From Candidatus Delongbacteria bacterium (GTDB taxonomy: Bacteria; CAIWAD01), in NCBI GenBank assembly GCA_963663545.1, contig OY760505.1:384001-448000 (forward strand): DNA of 64,000 nucleotides, read 5' to 3'. A program made the position numbers and the translations under genes. Of the stretch, positions 49,081 to 58,024 are shown piece after piece. Positions within the stretch are counted from its first letter, which is position 1. Each line of letters opens with the position of its first letter. The notes below the pieces were generated by a model that saw only the letters and a program-made list of their open reading frames with translations, was not told the DNA's origin and did no database searches.

Positions 49081-50889
49081 TTAGGAGCTGGATACTTCGT
49101 TCAAACCCCTTAAGCCCTTGGCAACTGCAAACATGCACGTCACAACACTATCTATCATCTGAAGACCTTGAGAAATGAGTGACTGTCTTCTGTCAATCGA
49201 TAGCAAAGCGAACGCATCATCAAAATTCTCACTTGGAAGGTGTGAATCTGCGTGTCTCAGGTTATATATACCGTGCAATGGAGCTAGGTTCTTCTTCACG
49301 ATATCTGGATTATATCGAGCAGAGAAGACGGAATCTAAGAGCTTCAGCGAGCCCCACTTACCGTTTGCTCGGTTTGCCAAATACTGTCTCAACAGTTGCG
49401 TGTCAAATGTCTCGATAGTGAACCGAGTCAAGTCTTTCGCCAGAGCTAGAAGGCCAGCATCGCTTGTAACTCTGAACCTGTGGATACACTTGCCGAGTAT
49501 TTTCAAATAGTCGTGATCTGCACACAGTTTGAAGCCGAGAGCTAATGAGGAAAAGTGATTCACTGCTTCTCGGGAATCAAAGATGAACATTTCTGGCGCT
49601 TCAGATTTAGCCGGTTCGGCATCCACCTGAGACATCAGCAGTTCATGAGAAACCTTACCATCTGGCGGGATGTTTTGTGCTGCCCAAAGCCGGAGCTCCC
49701 ATTCCTCTAGAAAGGCTAGATCTTTCGCATAAACCGTAATCAGGCTACGATCATTAACTCCAAAATGGACACTCAATCCGTAGCTACTGGCAATTCTCCC
49801 AGTGTGCCGTGTGCAGAACTCAAGAGATGAATCCCTTTGTTGAAGCATGCTGTTAATGACTTCAGGGTTAAACCAAAGCCATCTGCTTGCTTTTCTTAAT
49901 TCACCAGCTTGAATCCGTCTACCATTTGGATCTATGGTAAAAGAAACAGTTGACTCTATTTTGTCACCACGCACTCTTGGACTTGTATCACCAGGTGGAA
50001 TCCATTCATTGCGCTTGAGCTCCCCACTAATGTAATACAGCCTTACACCTGAGAATTCCTTCTCCCAACTTTCACTTCGTGTATTCGCTTCTGAAGGCAT
50101 TGAATCGAGATCTGGAACATCATCCTCCTTATCCAGATCAGTCCGTGCAATGTGAATCACGGCAACCTTCTCGCCAAATGGCATGCCCCCCGCGTGAATC
50201 GAAGCAATCCGTCCATTCCAGGACTCATCAGATTTGGTCCAATTTGATTCCCCGTCTACCCAATCGAATTCAACGAGTGAATCAACAATCTGGTCTCTCT
50301 TGAAAAAGCAAGTGAGATACAAACCCATACCTCTTGCACAAAGGTAATCACGAAGATACTCTGCTTTCATCTCCAACAGAGTAGGCTTCCCATTAAGTGC
50401 ATACTCGATTCTAGCAACTTCTGCATAGTTATCTTCAGGGCGGAGCCAAAGATTACCTTCTCGAATCAAATGAAGTGTAAGTATGATATCCTGATTCAGG
50501 TGCCATATCTCAGGAAGTTTACAATGGGAATCTTGATCAAGGACAAGATTGAGACCCTCAGAATCTGACGCATATCTGGTGTAGCGTTCTGCTGGCGAGT
50601 ATAGATTGTCATCGACATACCCGCTATGAACTCCAGAGAGTCCAATATCATGCCATTCAAGTTTACGTGCTAAGCGCTCTTGATCAACAGGGAAAGCAAC
50701 TGATCCAACAGCATAGTAGTCATCTACATACCCATTCCTCCCACTCTCACCTTCCGTTCTTAGGGACTTACTAGCACGCAAAGGAATCCAAACGGATTTC
50801 GCAAATCGTCTATGCTTGGAATCCTTGAATTCAAACCAGTCCTGCTGATAATGATCCACAACAGCCTCCAATGTCGGCTCCTGCTGCAT
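49081..50889 (-). CDS. Low-GC hypothetical protein, about 600 aa
   Basis: Long open frame with atypical composition; the true start may be GTG 50859 (after GGAGG). Confidence 0.8.
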   Translation of the reverse strand: MQQEPTLEAVVDHYQQDWFEFKDSKHRRFAKSVWIPLRASKSLRTEGESGRNGYVDDYYAVGSVAFPVDQERLARKLEWHDIGLSGVHSGYVDDNLYSPAERYTRYASDSEGLNLVLDQDSHCKLPEIWHLNQDIILTLHLIREGNLWLRPEDNYAEVARIEYALNGKPTLLEMKAEYLRDYLCARGMGLYLTCFFKRDQIVDSLVEFDWVDGESNWTKSDESWNGRIASIHAGGMPFGEKVAVIHIARTDLDKEDDVPDLDSMPSEANTRSESWEKEFSGVRLYYISGELKRNEWIPPGDTSPRVRGDKIESTVSFTIDPNGRRIQAGELRKASRWLWFNPEVINSMLQQRDSSLEFCTRHTGRIASSYGLSVHFGVNDRSLITVYAKDLAFLEEWELRLWAAQNIPPDGKVSHELLMSQVDAEPAKSEAPEMFIFDSREAVNHFSSLALGFKLCADHDYLKILGKCIHRFRVTSDAGLLALAKDLTRFTIETFDTQLLRQYLANRANGKWGSLKLLDSVFSARYNPDIVKKNLAPLHGIYNLRHADSHLPSENFDDAFALLSIDRRQSLISQGLQMIDSVVTCMFAVAKGLRGLNEVSSS

Positions 50890-51056
50890 GCGAGCTAGTG
50901 GCTGCCGACTTGTTTAGACGGTCAGGCGACGGTACGTCGCTAAATCTGAGGGTTCATGGGACGAACCGGTCTACTACATTGTGGCCGAAGGCCCAATGCT
51001 CTGATTTGTGGCCCTGCAAGCGACGTGACACTGGGCGGGACAATTGAAAGTGATTG

Positions 51057-51914
51057 TTAGCCATAGGTATTTTTCACAATCATTGGCGCATTAGGCTTTA
51101 GTTCGCCTTGACCGGACACAATAATTAGCTGCCAGTTCTCGGGGACTTCATTCCGAACCCAATCTTCTCGTATAGCTGATTCGGGAACGAATGCTTCAGT
51201 CATGTACAGTACTGCATAAAAGTTCTTCCATATTTCGCTACCAGAGTACCCATGTACATCCGTGTAGATTCCGTCTAGAATATTCCTTGCCTTGGCTTCT
51301 GTGTTGGCATACTTGTATTCAATTGCGCATGCTAGACTTTCAACTCCAATGTCGATTTTGAAATTTTTGAGAGAATTGGAAATAGGCACTTCACGGACGG
51401 TATTCTCGAATACAATGCGGAGGACTTTATAGACTGCATTTCGAACATCGTTTTCACATCTTGGTTTAACACCAAGCAGATTTATTATGTGTCCTGTTGA
51501 TTTTAACACAGCCTCAAGGCGATATAAATCGGAGTCTCCTTGTGGGCTTTCAAGATTTGGATTAGGAATAAAGGCAGCAAAGGATCTAATGAAATCCCTG
51601 AATTTGATCAACACTGGAGAATAGAAGCATTCATAATAATCGTGGAACTCTATCTGGCAGGAGTCTTGGGTGCTACTCCAGAATCTAGACAGCTCTTCAT
51701 CGAACCGATTGAGACCCAAAATTTGGGCAGATTGCGCCATCAAGCTTCTTAGTGTTTCAAGCGAACTCGCCAGCCTCTCTTGGACTGCGTACTCTTCTGC
51801 TTCGTATCCATCGTATGGATTCAAGTATAGATCTTCAAGTTCGTCAACTGCTTGCTGTGCAGACTGAAGTTCAGAATCAATTGCTCTCCAGAAGGTCGCC
51901 CCATCAAGATTCAT
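51057..51914 (-). CDS. Low-GC protein with C-terminal PD-(D/E)XK nuclease-like domain
   Basis: ENDV...KIDIG...AIEYKY...DVHGY; strong RBS GGAGGAG. Confidence 0.7.
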   Translation of the reverse strand: MNLDGATFWRAIDSELQSAQQAVDELEDLYLNPYDGYEAEEYAVQERLASSLETLRSLMAQSAQILGLNRFDEELSRFWSSTQDSCQIEFHDYYECFYSPVLIKFRDFIRSFAAFIPNPNLESPQGDSDLYRLEAVLKSTGHIINLLGVKPRCENDVRNAVYKVLRIVFENTVREVPISNSLKNFKIDIGVESLACAIEYKYANTEAKARNILDGIYTDVHGYSGSEIWKNFYAVLYMTEAFVPESAIREDWVRNEVPENWQLIIVSGQGELKPNAPMIVKNTYG

Positions 51915-52464
51915 TATAGCTCCTCCAAATGGTTAACATCTGATTATACGGACCGCATAAGACCAGCCCCGATACCATATACGTGTCCTGATAAGTACGA
52001 CAACCACATTGCTGCATTCCTGTGTTTCTCATGCAGAGTGCACCTCAGGATAGCAATGCCACGCAGGCAAGACAAGATAAAACATAGCTTTGTCCAGAAT
52101 ACGTATCATTCGGAGTCATTCTTGCTGCCTTCTCCTGGACTCAACTTGCCTGTGCACAATACTCTCTATTCCTGACACCGAACTCGTAGGCATCAGGGCG
52201 GATTTCTCCTTACCACAGCATGGCTCCTGGGCCCTTCTTCTCCGCGCGGCCACGCATCGTCAGCGCACAGCTGGCTCTTGTCTCACCCTGACAGCCCACA
52301 CTCAACAGCCTTCTCCGCGCCACAATGAGTGCAATAGAATGACACTTGCCATCAATCGAAATCAGGACAAACACACTGTACGCTCTACCCGAGCTGCATG
52401 TCGTATGAACACCTCTCCCCTTGCGCAAGCGTGTTCGGCCAATCAATGAGAATGAATCGTCCGC

Positions 52465-52650
52465 GCCTGGGCCGCCGATTCCGCATTCACATCCCAGCCC
52501 GGAAACACCAGCACTGCAGGATGACAATGCAGCGCGCGCGCGCCAGGATCCTGGCCCGTTCCACTCCCAACTTGATGCGACCGTTCTCCAGCGCAGAAAG
52601 CGTGGACTGCGGAATGCCGGTCAGAGTGGTCAGTTGGTTCTGACTCAGCT
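52465..52650 (-). pseudogene. XRE-family HTH remnant with frameshift
   Basis: LSQNQL..LTGIPQSTLSALENGR...ILARA joins LHCHPAVLVFPGWD if 2 nt are removed from the (GC)6 run at 52532-52543. Confidence 0.7.
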
Positions 52651-53029
52651 TTGAGCATAACAACAGTCTTTGCCGAGTGTGGGGTTTGTGCGCGGTCGTC
52701 GGCAATCCATCATCAGGATGTGACACGCGCATCACGCCCTCACCCGGTGTATCACGTGCCCAGTTCGTGATACATCTGCAAACCCTGCGCAGCAGAAGCT
52801 CTACAGAGATCCTTCCCGACAGCAATCGCATCACAAATGCCCGTCAGGGCACCAGTGAATACCGAAGGTGTGAACACATGAGCGTTGCCTTGTAGCCACC
52901 ATCGGGTACCCGCCCGCGGCGGTTGTCCAGCGGACAAGCGTCCTCGGGTCGGAGGGGAAAAAGCGCTTTCTTTTGCTACTTGTATGTTCACACCCGCCAA
53001 AAAGGCTGACAGCTGGTCTAACTAGATGT

Positions 53030-53213
53030 ATGCGGGGTTTTCTCTTCAAGGCCTTGAAGAGAAAATCGCGGTGAACGAGCGGCTTTTGCGAATGGGTAGA
53101 ACCCGAAGAAAAGATACCGCCGTTCACCGCTACCGCGCTCTACGTGAAGACCGGACACCATCGTGATCCGAAGATCGCATGTTGCAAGAATGGTCCAGTA
53201 GGCGCATCCGCAT
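53030..53213 (+). ncRNA. IS110 bridge RNA
   Basis: 5' hairpin plus two internal-loop arms whose loops match the target flanks and the donor junction; exact ends uncertain. Confidence 0.85.
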
Positions 53214-53254
53214 GGTAGGGAACTCTTATTGCTTCAAAAAGGGAGAACTTCATC

Positions 53255-54286
53255 ATGGACAAGCCTCCACACTGGATCGGAATTGACGTTTCGAAGCAGA
53301 CTTTTGATGCAGCTTGGTGTCACCCTGAGTATTGTGACACCAGGCTGCCACTGTCAGAGTATCCATGCTCTTCGTTTCCCAGATCAGAGGTTGGTGCAGC
53401 TCAGCTTCTGGAATGGCTCCAGGAGATTTGTTCCACGCAGGATTGGCTTCCCGCAGGCATTGTCATGGAGAGCACAGGGCGCTACAGCGTAGAGCTGAAG
53501 GACTGGCTGCTTGAGCTGGAGCCCTCTCTGCTTGTCGCTATTGAGGATCCCACCAGAACCTCGTATCACGCGAAAAGCCTTGGCGTACGTAACAAAACCG
53601 ACAAGATGGACGCTGCAGCACTCGCCCGCTACGGCTGCGAGCGGAAGCCAAGTCCATTCCATGAGTTGCCATCTGCTTACCAGGTTTTGCGTGAACGTGT
53701 ACGCTACAGAGCACATGTCATGAAGCTACGCAATGCGGCCAGGCAGCGACTGCAGGAGCTGACAGGTGATCCAGAGCTGTTCGAGGCCGACAAGGCCCTG
53801 GCTGAGCAGTTGGAGGCTGCGCTGAAGCAGGCGGACATGCTCATTCAGCAGTGTGTGAATGAGCATGAAGAGCTGTGCAATGCTACTGGGCTGATGCGCA
53901 CAATTCCTGGAGTTGGTCCTATGGTTGCCGCTGTCGTGCTGGGCGAGGTAGGGCCACTGGAGCGCTTTGCGCGTAGCCGCCAGCTATCGGCGTACTCCGG
54001 GCTATCTCCACGCCAGCGCCAATCCGGTACAAGCATCAAGAGTGGCGGTCACATCACCAGACGTGGATCTGCACTCCTCCGGCAGATGCTGTTCATGGCG
54101 AGTGTTACAGGCCAACCTAAGGGGTCTCCGCTGAAAGCCTTTAGTGATGGCCTGATCATCAGAGGCAAAGGCAAAATGCAGGCACGGTGTGCTGTCATGC
54201 GCAAATTGCTTGTGCTGATGCGGGCTGTCGTGGTTACTGGCAAGGTGTACGACCCGTATCACGTGCCCAAGCCTCCAGCAGAATAG
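53255..54286 (+). CDS. IS110 family recombinase (DEDD RuvC-like + Tnp)
   Basis: GIDVSK, MESTG, KTDKMDA, IPGVG, GLSP...QSGTS. Confidence 0.96.
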   Translation: MDKPPHWIGIDVSKQTFDAAWCHPEYCDTRLPLSEYPCSSFPRSEVGAAQLLEWLQEICSTQDWLPAGIVMESTGRYSVELKDWLLELEPSLLVAIEDPTRTSYHAKSLGVRNKTDKMDAAALARYGCERKPSPFHELPSAYQVLRERVRYRAHVMKLRNAARQRLQELTGDPELFEADKALAEQLEAALKQADMLIQQCVNEHEELCNATGLMRTIPGVGPMVAAVVLGEVGPLERFARSRQLSAYSGLSPRQRQSGTSIKSGGHITRRGSALLRQMLFMASVTGQPKGSPLKAFSDGLIIRGKGKMQARCAVMRKLLVLMRAVVVTGKVYDPYHVPKPPAE

Positions 54287-54598
54287 AGCTGGAGACAAAT
54301 TATCTTCAGACTAAGGCTTGCTTATGAGCACACCATCTTTTCTTTGGCGCTCCAAAGAAAAGTAGGCTCTTCGCATCGCAGCCGCGATGCCAGCTGTTCA
54401 CACAGCCCAAGCAAGCTCGCTGCAGGCGGAGATAGACCCCGCGTCAGCGGGAAAGGCCCGGCTGGCCAAGCCATGCTCCGATTGCGACTCCGAAATCAAT
54501 CCTGATAGCGAGGGCAGTTTCGGCAGCAAGCCGCAGCGCACAAACGGTTGCGCCAGACCGTCTCTTGCTACCTTGTGGGCGAAATACAAGGAGAATTC

Positions 54599-56263
54599 AT
54601 GAGCGAGAATAAGGTCATCTTCTCGATGGTCGGCGTCGGCAAGGTGCTGCAGGACAACCGGCAGATCCTGCGCGACATCTACCTCGGTTTCTACTACGGC
54701 GCCAAGATCGGCGTGCTGGGTCTGAACGGCTCAGGCAAGAGCACGCTGCTGCGCATCGTCGCGGGCGAGGACAAGGACTACCTGGGCGAGATTGTATCAC
54801 AGCAGGGGCTGACCTTCGGCTATCTGCCGCAGGAACCGCAGCTGGAAGCGGGCCGCACGGTGCGCGAGGTGGTCGAGGAGGGCGCGGGTCGCGCTGCCGC
54901 ACTGCTGAAGGAATACAACGCGATCAACGAGGCTTTCGCCGATCCCGAGGCGGACTACGACAAGTTGCTGGCGCGCCAGGGCGAGCTGCAGGAGCAGATC
55001 GATCACCTGGACGCCTGGGATCTGGACAGCAAGCTCGAGCAGGCGATGGACGCCCTGCGCTGCCCGGACGGTGATACACGGGTGGAGGTACTCTCCGGTG
55101 GTGAGAAGCGCCGCGTGGCCCTCTGCCGTCTGCTGCTCTCCAACCCCGACGTACTGCTGCTGGACGAGCCCACCAACCACCTGGACGCGGAAACCGTCGC
55201 CTGGCTGGAACAGTACCTGGCCCGCTTCCCCGGCACGGTGCTGGCCGTGACACACGACCGCTACTTCCTCGATAACGTCGCCGGCTGGATCCTGGAGCTG
55301 GACCGCGGCCACGGCATTCCCTTCGAGGGCAACTACTCAAGCTGGCTCGAGCAGAAGAGCCAGCGTCTGCTGCAGGAAGAAAAGACCGAGAGCAAGCGGC
55401 GTAAAACCCTGGAGCGCGAGCTGGAATGGGTGCGCATGGCGCCGCGCGCGCGTCACACGAAAAGCAAGGCGCGTCTGGCCGCCTACGAGCGCATGGTCAG
55501 CGAGGAGAGCGAAAAGCGCCGCGAGGATCTGGAAATCTACATCCCGCCGGGACCGCGCCTGGGCCAGGTGGTGATCGAGGCCAGCAAGCTGAGCAAGGCC
55601 TTTGGCGAGAAGCTGCTCTTCGACGGCCTGGATTTCGCTCTTCCCCCCGGCGGCATCGTCGGCGTGATTGGCGCCAACGGAGCGGGTAAAACGACGCTCT
55701 TCCGCATGCTGACGGACAAAGAGCAGCCCGACGGCGGCAGCATCAAGGTCGGTGATACAGTCAAGCTGGGCTACGTGGACCAGGATCGCCCGATGGACCC
55801 GGAAGCCAGCATCTGGCAGGTCATCAGCGACGGCCAGGATTTCATCGACCTGGGCGGACGCGAAGTCAACAGCCGCCAGTGGGTGTCACGCTTCAACTTC
55901 AGCGGTAGCGACCAGCAGAAGCCGGTGGGCAAGCTCTCCGGTGGTGAGCGCGGTCGCGTGCACCTGGCGCGTACCCTGCGCGAGGGCGCCAACCTGCTGC
56001 TGCTGGATGAGCCCACCAACGACCTGGACGTCAACACCCTGCGCGCGCTGGAAGAAGGTCTACTGAACTTCGCCGGCTGCGCGGTGGTCATCAGCCACGA
56101 CCGCTGGTTCCTGGACCGCATCGCCACACACATCCTGGCCTTCGAGGGCGACAGTCAGGTGGTCTGGTTCGAGGGCAACTACAGCGATTACGAGAGGAAC
56201 CGCAAAGAGCGTCTGGGCAACGAGGGTCCGCATCGTATAAAATACCGGCGGTTGACCCGATAG
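54599..56263 (+). CDS. ettA: Energy-dependent translational throttle ABC-F protein
   Basis: [52 protein letters not shown]. Confidence 0.96.
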   Translation: MSENKVIFSMVGVGKVLQDNRQILRDIYLGFYYGAKIGVLGLNGSGKSTLLRIVAGEDKDYLGEIVSQQGLTFGYLPQEPQLEAGRTVREVVEEGAGRAAALLKEYNAINEAFADPEADYDKLLARQGELQEQIDHLDAWDLDSKLEQAMDALRCPDGDTRVEVLSGGEKRRVALCRLLLSNPDVLLLDEPTNHLDAETVAWLEQYLARFPGTVLAVTHDRYFLDNVAGWILELDRGHGIPFEGNYSSWLEQKSQRLLQEEKTESKRRKTLERELEWVRMAPRARHTKSKARLAAYERMVSEESEKRREDLEIYIPPGPRLGQVVIEASKLSKAFGEKLLFDGLDFALPPGGIVGVIGANGAGKTTLFRMLTDKEQPDGGSIKVGDTVKLGYVDQDRPMDPEASIWQVISDGQDFIDLGGREVNSRQWVSRFNFSGSDQQKPVGKLSGGERGRVHLARTLREGANLLLLDEPTNDLDVNTLRALEEGLLNFAGCAVVISHDRWFLDRIATHILAFEGDSQVVWFEGNYSDYERNRKERLGNEGPHRIKYRRLTR

Positions 56264-56275
56264 TGCGCGTGATAC

Positions 56276-56547
56276 CGTGATACATGACAAGGGGAAGCTT
56301 AGGCTTCCCTTTTCTCTTCATCGAAATCGGAGCCGACTCCAAAGGAGTCGGATCGGGATCGATATCGGAGTCGGTGTGCTTCAAGCTACGCTCGAAGCAC
56401 CTCGACGAAGCCACGCTTCAGGACTCTTTGTGTTTGCAGCCTCTGCATAATGCGTGTCTTCGTCCATAGACCTTCAGGCGTAGCTATTCGCAGCGCTGGC
56501 TCCCGATTGCGACTCCGAGCCCGATTTCGATTTCGGTGAGAGAGGCT
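56276..56547. repeat. ~275-bp direct repeat, copy A (includes ettA terminator-like hairpin and REP-like palindrome)
   Basis: Near-identical to 57747-58024. Confidence 0.93.
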
Positions 56548-56641
56548 GCAAGCGACTAGCACAGTTGACAACGTGGACCGCCGAGCAAAACTCCCTCAGC
56601 TTCCACTTGCATGATTCACAGGATTTGGCGATCCTTTCGCC

Positions 56642-56702
56642 GGAGGCTCGGCCTGAGGATTCCCATCTGGTTATCCGACTGGCATTGCCTCCTTTTCTTT
56701 TT
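56642..56702 (-). ncRNA. Candidate DUF3800-associated RNA hairpin
   Basis: Directly after the stop codon: A-tract, then GGAGGC-AAU-GCC...GGC-CGA-GCCUCC. Confidence 0.5.
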
Positions 56703-57584
56703 CTATTCCTTCAGGCAGTAGGGATCCGCGACATAGAATACACTATGTGACACGAAATGCTGCCCCGCACTCCAGTGTTCGGATGAATGCTGAAGTCCGG
56801 CAATCTGATTGGCGTAACGCTCAGCGATTTCGCATCTGATCGGCGCACATAGTCCCTTCCCATGGCCCCTGAAGCCCCAGTTTACACAGTAGATCAGAAC
56901 ATCCGCAGCTTGAACGGGCAGTGACATATCCGAAGAAACAAAGATGGGTACTGGAACCACCCATCTTGCACGCACTCTTCCGGCTGAAGTACGCTGAAAG
57001 TAGGTCTCCAGTCGTCGTACAAACCTTCTATCCTCTGACTTCTCTACCTCATCCATCACAATCAAGCCGTATTCCTTCTTCGCTTGCAGCAGGTAGAAGA
57101 ATCTCTCCATCAGAAACACATGGTCCTTTCGAAGAAGCTCACGCGCATTCCTCGCTAGTGATTTGCTGCTGCCACGCGGAATCATGGATGCTAGCAGTAC
57201 AGCCCGATGCTGTCTGCACAGACGAAAGATCCCATCAGCCATATAAAGCGAAGCTTGCCCGTAGCCAGCAAACTCCCGCCGCACAGGCTGGCGCCCAGAG
57301 GCTCCTTTTGCAAGAAACATGCGCGCCATCTGCTGTCGTTCACTCGCCGTCATCTCCTCCGTTTGACTAGCCCACTTGAAGCGATCTTTGTCCAGTAGGC
57401 GCGCTCCCTTGATCTCCTTTCCATATCGCTGCAGGGAAACACCAAAGGACTGCTGTTCAAGCGCTTTCATGGACTGAATGAAGGGCCAAAGCTGCCCAGC
57501 ATGGAGGGCAATACCGCCACGCACTTCGTAAGGCATCGTCTGGTGGTCATGCCCACTCTCATCCATGAATAGCAGATAGCTCAC
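56703..57584 (-). CDS. DUF3800 domain protein
   Basis: YLLFMDESG, EIKG, IVMDE, VQAADV. Confidence 0.88.
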   Translation of the reverse strand: MSYLLFMDESGHDHQTMPYEVRGGIALHAGQLWPFIQSMKALEQQSFGVSLQRYGKEIKGARLLDKDRFKWASQTEEMTASERQQMARMFLAKGASGRQPVRREFAGYGQASLYMADGIFRLCRQHRAVLLASMIPRGSSKSLARNARELLRKDHVFLMERFFYLLQAKKEYGLIVMDEVEKSEDRRFVRRLETYFQRTSAGRVRARWVVPVPIFVSSDMSLPVQAADVLIYCVNWGFRGHGKGLCAPIRCEIAERYANQIAGLQHSSEHWSAGQHFVSHSVFYVADPYCLKE

Positions 57585-57746
57585 TCCTGCACCTCCAGCA
57601 CACTCAGAAGCGCATAGTCAGGGAAGCGATCCGCGGATCCGCCTTTTCCATTGGAATGATCGAAGAACTTTAAGCATGTCACTACGAATGGACAGTTCTT
57701 GAAAAGCGCTGACATGACTGAAGGAATTGCGCTGTATCTTCGCAGG

Positions 57747-58024
57747 CGTGATACACGACGAGGGGAAGCCTGGGCTTCCCTCTTCTCTTAATCGGTATCG
57801 CTGCCGACTCCAAAGGAGTCGGATCGGGATCGATATCGGAGTCGGTGTGCTTCAAGCTACGCTCGAAGCACCTCGACGAAGCCACGCTTCAGGACTCTTT
57901 GTGTTTGCAGCCTCTGCATAATGCGTGTCTTCGTCCATAGACCTTCAGGCGTAGCTATTCGTAGCGCTGGCTCCCGATTGCGATTGCGAATCCGAGCCCG
58001 ATTTCGATTTCGATGAGAGAGGCT
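57747..58024. repeat. ~275-bp direct repeat, copy B
   Basis: Matches 56276-56547; abuts the esterase stop codon. Confidence 0.93.

Larger units (their letters stand above)
52979..54338 (+). mobile_element. Complete IS110-family element with CT cores at both ends
   Basis: CT at 52979-80 and 54337-38; excision restores the perfect inverted repeat CTACTTTTCTTTGG-cgct-CCAAAGAAAAGTAG. Confidence 0.9.
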
